A DNA stretch of 63,112 bases, counting the filler. It is 5 parts of 5 records of this genome, joined end to end, with 100 filler letters (N's around TTAATTAATTAA, not from the genome) between each part and the next. Parts side by side here need not be neighbours in the genome. Positions count along the whole stretch, not along the records: positions 49,770 to 63,112 come from DRR723986_5296; 4 more parts are not named here. One strand, given 5' to 3'. The translations under genes and the position numbers were made by a program. Under the pieces are notes generated by a model. The model had not been told where the DNA came from. It saw nothing but the letters and a program-made list of their open reading frames with translations, and did no database searches. Positions 58,182 to 63,112 of the stretch are shown here, one piece after another (position 1 is the stretch's first letter; the number at the start of each line of letters is the position of its first letter).

Positions 58182-58451
58182 TTATTCAATGACGCTGCCG
58201 CGCTTGAGGTATTTGGCCATGGCGACGGTTCCAACAAATCCCATAACCGCAATCAGCAGCGCAGACTCAAGGTACATGCGTGTTTTCAGCGTGATGCCCA
58301 ACAGAATGATCAATGCGATGGCGTTAATGTAGAGGGTGTCCAGCGCCAGTATCCGGTCCGGCGCATCCGGGCCCTTGATCAGGCGGTACACGTTCAGCAA
58401 GGCGGCCAGCGTGACCATGGCAATGGTGATGTAGAGCGCGGTTAGCATCAT
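58182..58451 (-). CDS. phaF: Mrp/Pha antiporter subunit F (group 2)
   Basis: GPDAPDRILALDTLYIN, KYLKRGSVIE. Confidence 0.92.
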   Translation of the reverse strand: MMLTALYITIAMVTLAALLNVYRLIKGPDAPDRILALDTLYINAIALIILLGITLKTRMYLESALLIAVMGFVGTVAMAKYLKRGSVIE

Positions 58452-58936
58452 TGGAACATCTCCAGCAAAGGCTTTTCGTACCGGTTCCGGATAGTGTCGA
58501 TGACTTCCTGCTCGTCCTCGGCGTCCAGGGCATGAATCAGCAGCAGTGTGTTGTCATCGCTCACATCCGCGCTAACGGTGCCCGGCGTCAGGGAAATGGT
58601 GCTGGCTAGAATGCTGATAGCCAGCGGATCCGTTAGTTCCAGGGTGTAGCAGATGAACATCGGCCGTGGTGCGCGAGGGCTCAGTATCAGCCTTGCCACA
58701 TCAACGCTGGCGACCACAATGTCCCACAGAACCCGCAACAGGTAGGCAGGTGTCTTCCAGGCCTTGAGCAAGGTGGGTGGATCTGGCCAGAAACCCTGGG
58801 TCATCAGGGGGATTATCCAGGCCAGGATCAGTCCAAGAACAATACTGCCGCCACTGATGCCGTCACTCAGAAATTGCCACATGACGAACAGGGTCAGGCT
58901 CAGCCAGGGGTGGGGAAACCTCAGTCGATCAAGCAT
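58448..58936 (-). CDS. phaE: Mrp/Pha antiporter subunit E (group 2)
   Basis: PHPWLS, ISLTPGTVS, RYEKPLLEMF. Confidence 0.92.
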   Translation of the reverse strand: MLDRLRFPHPWLSLTLFVMWQFLSDGISGGSIVLGLILAWIIPLMTQGFWPDPPTLLKAWKTPAYLLRVLWDIVVASVDVARLILSPRAPRPMFICYTLELTDPLAISILASTISLTPGTVSADVSDDNTLLLIHALDAEDEQEVIDTIRNRYEKPLLEMFQ

Positions 58937-60453
58937 CAGTCATCCTCCCCGACCATAGGCATCTGCAGGATTTCGATATAGGCATTGTTATTGTGTAGCT
59001 GTTCGGCCGTTGCATCGGTATAGCGTGTTATTGGACCGGCAAACACGACCAGGACGATCGCCAGTGCGGTGAGCGCGCCTGCTGCTACAGAAATCCGACC
59101 ATTCAATGGGTCCGGCTTTTCCAGGTGACCGTCGACGGTTCGCCAGAAAACAATACTGCCGGCCCGACTGTAGGCAATGATTGTGAGGAAGCTGCCAACC
59201 AGCAGCACTGACCAGAGCCAGGCCATTTCGAAACCGGGCTCAACGGACTGTAGAATCAGCAGCTTGCCAATGAAGCCGCTGAGCGGAGGCAACCCGGCGG
59301 CGGCAACGGCACCGATCAGAAACAGCACGCTCAGGAAGGTGCGGTTATGCATCCTGGGCGCGGTGATGATGCGATCATTCGCGCTGCCGCGCTGGTTGGC
59401 TATCAGTTCCGATACAAGGAATAGGCCGCCGACGGTCCAGGTCGTGCTGAGCATATAGAACAAGGCGGCAGACAAGCCGGCTTCGGAGCCCAGAGAGATG
59501 GGAGCCAGCAGGGTGCCCACGGATATGATTACCTGCCAGGCCACAAGCGTCTTCAGGCTACCAGAGCCCAGAGCGCCTATGACGCCCATGGCCAGGGTGG
59601 CCAGAGCGATCGGGAACAACCAGTCCATGCCGAGATTGGCGAGCTCACCGGCTTCGTCGCCAAACACCAGTGGGTACACCCGCAAGATGGCGTAGATGCC
59701 CACCTTGGTCATGACCGCAAACAGAGCCGCAACGGGCGCCGTGGCTTTGGAGTAGGCACGGGGCAGCCAGAAACACAGCGGCAGAATGGCGGCCTTCAGG
59801 CCGAAGACTACCAGCAACATCATGCCGCCGGCCTTGACGATATTCAGGCTTTCACCGGTTACCTGGGGAACCTTGACCGCAAGGTCTGCCATATTCAGGG
59901 TGCCGGTGACGCTGTAGATCATGCCCACACTGATCAGGAAGATCGCCGAGCCGATCAGGTTGAGAACCACGTAGTGGAGGCCAGGCACAGTCCTTATGGT
60001 GCCTCCACCATGCATCAGCAAGCCGTAGGAGGCGATCAGCAGCACCTCGAAGGCAACGAAAAGGTTGAACAGGTCACCGGTCAGGAAGGCGATGTTGAGT
60101 CCCATCAACTGGAACAGGAACAGGGCGTGGAACTGTCGGTTACCCTCGTCGGCGCCGCCGATGGCATAAAGGTGGCAGAACAGGGCCAGAACGGAGGTCA
60201 TGATCAGCATCAGCGCGGCCAGCCGGTCCAGAACCAGGACAATCCCGAACGGCGGCTGCCAGTTGCCAAAAGCATAAATGCGGTAACTGCCGTCGTTTGC
60301 CAGCACCAGAAGGACTATGGCCGAGACCAGGATCAGCACGGTGGTTGCCAGTGCCAGAGTCCGGCGCAGCGTGATGGGGGCATAGCCCATCAGTGCCTGC
60401 AGAATACCGCCAAGCAGAGGAATCAGAATCGGAGCGGTAAGCCAATGGTTCAT
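58936..60453 (-). CDS. phaD: Mrp/Pha antiporter subunit D (group 2)
   Basis: GNWQPPFGI, TGDLFNLFVAFEV, MTKVGIY, GLPPLSGF. Confidence 0.93.
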   Translation of the reverse strand: MNHWLTAPILIPLLGGILQALMGYAPITLRRTLALATTVLILVSAIVLLVLANDGSYRIYAFGNWQPPFGIVLVLDRLAALMLIMTSVLALFCHLYAIGGADEGNRQFHALFLFQLMGLNIAFLTGDLFNLFVAFEVLLIASYGLLMHGGGTIRTVPGLHYVVLNLIGSAIFLISVGMIYSVTGTLNMADLAVKVPQVTGESLNIVKAGGMMLLVVFGLKAAILPLCFWLPRAYSKATAPVAALFAVMTKVGIYAILRVYPLVFGDEAGELANLGMDWLFPIALATLAMGVIGALGSGSLKTLVAWQVIISVGTLLAPISLGSEAGLSAALFYMLSTTWTVGGLFLVSELIANQRGSANDRIITAPRMHNRTFLSVLFLIGAVAAAGLPPLSGFIGKLLILQSVEPGFEMAWLWSVLLVGSFLTIIAYSRAGSIVFWRTVDGHLEKPDPLNGRISVAAGALTALAIVLVVFAGPITRYTDATAEQLHNNNAYIEILQMPMVGEDD

Positions 60454-60821
60454 TTACCGGTTACCTCCTCGTCTTCCTGCTCCGGTGCTGGCGATTTATA
60501 GGGTTGTTTGCCATCAACATGGTCATCTTCGTTATCCGCAAGGTTTCGTAGCGACATCACCACCACAAAGGCTGTCATGGCGAAGCCAATCACGATGGCC
60601 GTTAAAACCAGCGCCTGCGGCAGTGGGTCGGCATAGCTTTCCGCAGTGCCGATAATCGGTTGCTTGCCGGTAGCCAGCCGGCCAGTGGAGAACAGGAAAA
60701 GGTTTACCCCGTAAGACAGGAGTGTCAGGCCAACCACCACGGGGAACGTGCGCGCCCGCAGCAGCAGATAAACGCCGGAGGCGGTCAGGGCACCAATCAC
60801 CAATGCATAGACAAGTTCCAT
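60450..60821 (-). CDS. phaC: Mrp/Pha antiporter subunit C (group 2)
   Basis: [32 protein letters not shown]. Confidence 0.92.
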   Translation of the reverse strand: MELVYALVIGALTASGVYLLLRARTFPVVVGLTLLSYGVNLFLFSTGRLATGKQPIIGTAESYADPLPQALVLTAIVIGFAMTAFVVVMSLRNLADNEDDHVDGKQPYKSPAPEQEDEEVTGK

Positions 60822-63112
60822 TACGCGCCCTCCCTCTTACTCTTGATGGCCGAATGCGGCGATATGCGGCCAATGGTCACCAGCGCCAACAGGGTGGCCC
60901 CGATTACCGTGAGATAAACACCCAGGTCGAAGACCAGTGCTGACGCTACCTCGAACTTGCCGACTACCGGCCAGGTGATATAGCCGAATGTTGAGGTCAG
61001 GAACGGATAGCCGAAGGCCAGGCTGGCCGCGCCGGCAATGGTTGCGAACAACAGGCCCAGGCCAATGACGTTGTGATATTTGAACGGAATCCGGTCCTGG
61101 GTCCAGTTCAGGCCACTGGCAATGTACTGGAGGATCAGGGCTATCGAGGTGATCAGACCCGCGATAAATCCGCCGCCGGGCAGGTTGTGGCCACGCAGGA
61201 AGATGAATGCCGACACCATCAGGGACAGCGGCAACAGTGGCCGGGCAATCAAGCGCAGCATTAACGGGTAGGCATCCCGTGACCAGGCATGGCCTTCGCC
61301 ATCACTGGGTGGTGGCGTCAGCGGCGTATTTTTCAGCAGCGCGTAAATGCCCAGGGCAGCAATCGCCAGAACGGTGATTTCGCCCAGGGTATCAAAGCCC
61401 CGGAAGTCCACCAGAATGACGTTGACCACGTTGGTGCCGCCACCGCCCGGTTTGCTGTTCTCAAGGAAGAAATCGGAAATCGAACTGAACGGTTGCGTCA
61501 GCATGGCCAGGGTAACCAGAGTCATACCAATACCCGCAATACCCGCGATGGCGATGTCCCGGAAGCGACGTTTCAGCGGCGTTTCCACGGGTGTCCAGCC
61601 CGGCATGTAGTAGAGCGCCAGCATGAGCAGAACAATGGTCACCACTTCCACCGACAACTGGGTCATGGCCAGGTCGGGCGCCGAAAAGCGGGCAAACGCC
61701 AGTGCAACGATCAGGCCGACCACGCTCAGCACAACCAGCGCGTAAAATCGCTGCCGGTGCACGGCAGCCGTCAACAGGGCACAAATGATCAGCACGCCTG
61801 CGGCAATGGCCGTGGGCCAGTCCACAGGGCTCAGCCCGGTCTCACCAATGAAGATGCCCAGATCCAGCAGTGGCATGGCAGCGACTGCCAGCACGCTGAC
61901 CACAAGCAGCATGCCGTATCTTTGCAGAGAGCCGTTCTCGATTCTTGCCGTAAAGCCGTTCGCCAGGTCGACGATCCGCAGTACGATCGCTTCGAATACG
62001 GCCTTCTCGTCGATTTCCTTGAAGCGCGCGTGGAAATCAAAGAATTTCTGGCGCTGGCTATACATGATCAAACCGCCAAAGAAAGCCGCAAAACTCATGA
62101 TCAGTGGCAGGTTAAAGCCATGGATAACCGCCAGTTGATAATCCGGCACCTCGCCGCCAAGGGTGGCGTGGGCGGCAGCGTATAGCAGAGGTCCGACCGA
62201 TACTGCCGGGAACATGCCTACCATGATGCAGGCGAAGACCAGGATCTCCACCGGGATTTTCATGTACCGGGGCGGTTCGTGGGGCGGGTAGATGGGCAGA
62301 TTGACGGGCTTGCCGTTAAAGAACACATCGTGAATAAAACGTGCGGAATAGGCGACCGCAAAAATACCGGCCAGCGTGGCGACGATCGGTGGTAGCCAGG
62401 CCCAGATGCCGGGCAGATTCAGTTGCAGGGACTCGGCAAAGAACATTTCCTTGCTCAGGAAGCCGTTCAGCAGCGGAACCCCGGCCATGGATGACGCGGC
62501 CACCATGGCCAGAGTGGCCGTATGGGGCATGTATCGCCACAGGCCGTTAATCCGGCGCATGTCCCGGGTACCGGTTTCGTGGTCGATAATACCGGCGGCC
62601 ATGAACAGTGAGGCCTTGAAGGTGGCATGGTTGATGACGTGGAATACCGCTGCCACCGCCGCCAGCTCGGTACCCATACCGAACAACAGCGTGATCAGGC
62701 CCAGGTGGCTGACGGTGGAGTGCGCCAGCAGCCCTTTCAGGTCGTGCTTGAACATGGCCACGTAGGCGCCAATCAGCAAAGTTGCCATGCCGGTAAAACT
62801 GACCATGTAGAACCATTGTTCCGTACCAGCCAATGCCGGGTACAAACGCGCCATCAGGAAAATGCCGGCCTTGACCATGGTGGCAGAGTGCAGGTAGGCC
62901 GAAACCGGCGTGGGCGCCTGCATGGCATGGGGCAGCCAGAAATGGAACGGGAACTGTGCAGACTTTGTAAACGCGCCCAGCAGTACCAGCGTCAGGGCGA
63001 CGGGGTACATGGCGTGGGCTTTGATAACATCGCCGGCGGCCAGCACATCGTCCAGTTCAAAACTGCCGACAATGTTGCCGATGATCAGAATGCCCGCGAG
63101 CAACGCCAGCCC
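60821..63112 (-). CDS. phaA: Mrp/Pha antiporter fused subunit A/B (group 2), 5' end outside window
   Basis: FTKSAQFPFHFWLP, NVILVDFRGFDTLGE, then fused MrpB RGHNLPGGGF and FDLGVY. Confidence 0.94.
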   Translation of the reverse strand, partial: GLALLAGILIIGNIVGSFELDDVLAAGDVIKAHAMYPVALTLVLLGAFTKSAQFPFHFWLPHAMQAPTPVSAYLHSATMVKAGIFLMARLYPALAGTEQWFYMVSFTGMATLLIGAYVAMFKHDLKGLLAHSTVSHLGLITLLFGMGTELAAVAAVFHVINHATFKASLFMAAGIIDHETGTRDMRRINGLWRYMPHTATLAMVAASSMAGVPLLNGFLSKEMFFAESLQLNLPGIWAWLPPIVATLAGIFAVAYSARFIHDVFFNGKPVNLPIYPPHEPPRYMKIPVEILVFACIMVGMFPAVSVGPLLYAAAHATLGGEVPDYQLAVIHGFNLPLIMSFAAFFGGLIMYSQRQKFFDFHARFKEIDEKAVFEAIVLRIVDLANGFTARIENGSLQRYGMLLVVSVLAVAAMPLLDLGIFIGETGLSPVDWPTAIAAGVLIICALLTAAVHRQRFYALVVLSVVGLIVALAFARFSAPDLAMTQLSVEVVTIVLLMLALYYMPGWTPVETPLKRRFRDIAIAGIAGIGMTLVTLAMLTQPFSSISDFFLENSKPGGGGTNVVNVILVDFRGFDTLGEITVLAIAALGIYALLKNTPLTPPPSDGEGHAWSRDAYPLMLRLIARPLLPLSLMVSAFIFLRGHNLPGGGFIAGLITSIALILQYIASGLNWTQDRIPFKYHNVIGLGLLFATIAGAASLAFGYPFLTSTFGYITWPVVGKFEVASALVFDLGVYLTVIGATLLALVTIGRISPHSAIKSKREGA

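Overview
The window is not one genome. It holds five unrelated contigs joined by four artificial 100-bp spacers (N44-TTAATTAATTAA-N44); taxa below are inferred from gene content. (1) 1-16247, planctomycete: PSD1/DUF1549 cytochrome-c protein, sulfatase, RidA, TauE, PEP-CTERM protein, thioredoxin, a multi-HTH sigma-70, an esterase-gluconolactonase fusion and an ACAD-like flavoprotein. (2) 16348-25065, Roseobacter-like alphaproteobacterium: Dpp-type ABC transporter, RTX/DUF4214 surface protein, MarR-isochorismatase pair with twin operators, LbtU-like porin. (3) 25166-41330, probably a Limnobacter-like betaproteobacterium: large lipoprotein plus beta-barrel pair, COG3014-YcfL-LpoB-like operon, DUF6795-lipase pair, ccdAB, and an ops-led CDP-tyvelose/O-antigen cluster. 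(4) 41431-49669, high-GC Rhodobacteraceae: TRAP transporter, two CMD/AhpD proteins, RidA and a Cds1-like PLP enzyme, opposite LysR, an HpyO-like flavin monooxygenase and an atypical M19 dipeptidase. (5) 49770-63112, Marinobacter-like: acyl-CoA ligase, ppnP and two tandem Mrp antiporter operons (group 2 then group 1). The best candidate for an undescribed system is the contig-4 cluster, a putative cysteine-conjugate catabolic pathway. Next are the lipoprotein/beta-barrel pair, the multi-HTH sigma factor and a possible attenuator between the two Mrp operons. No rRNA, tRNA, CRISPR array or transposase was recognised. All family calls come from motif recognition; no database searches were run.
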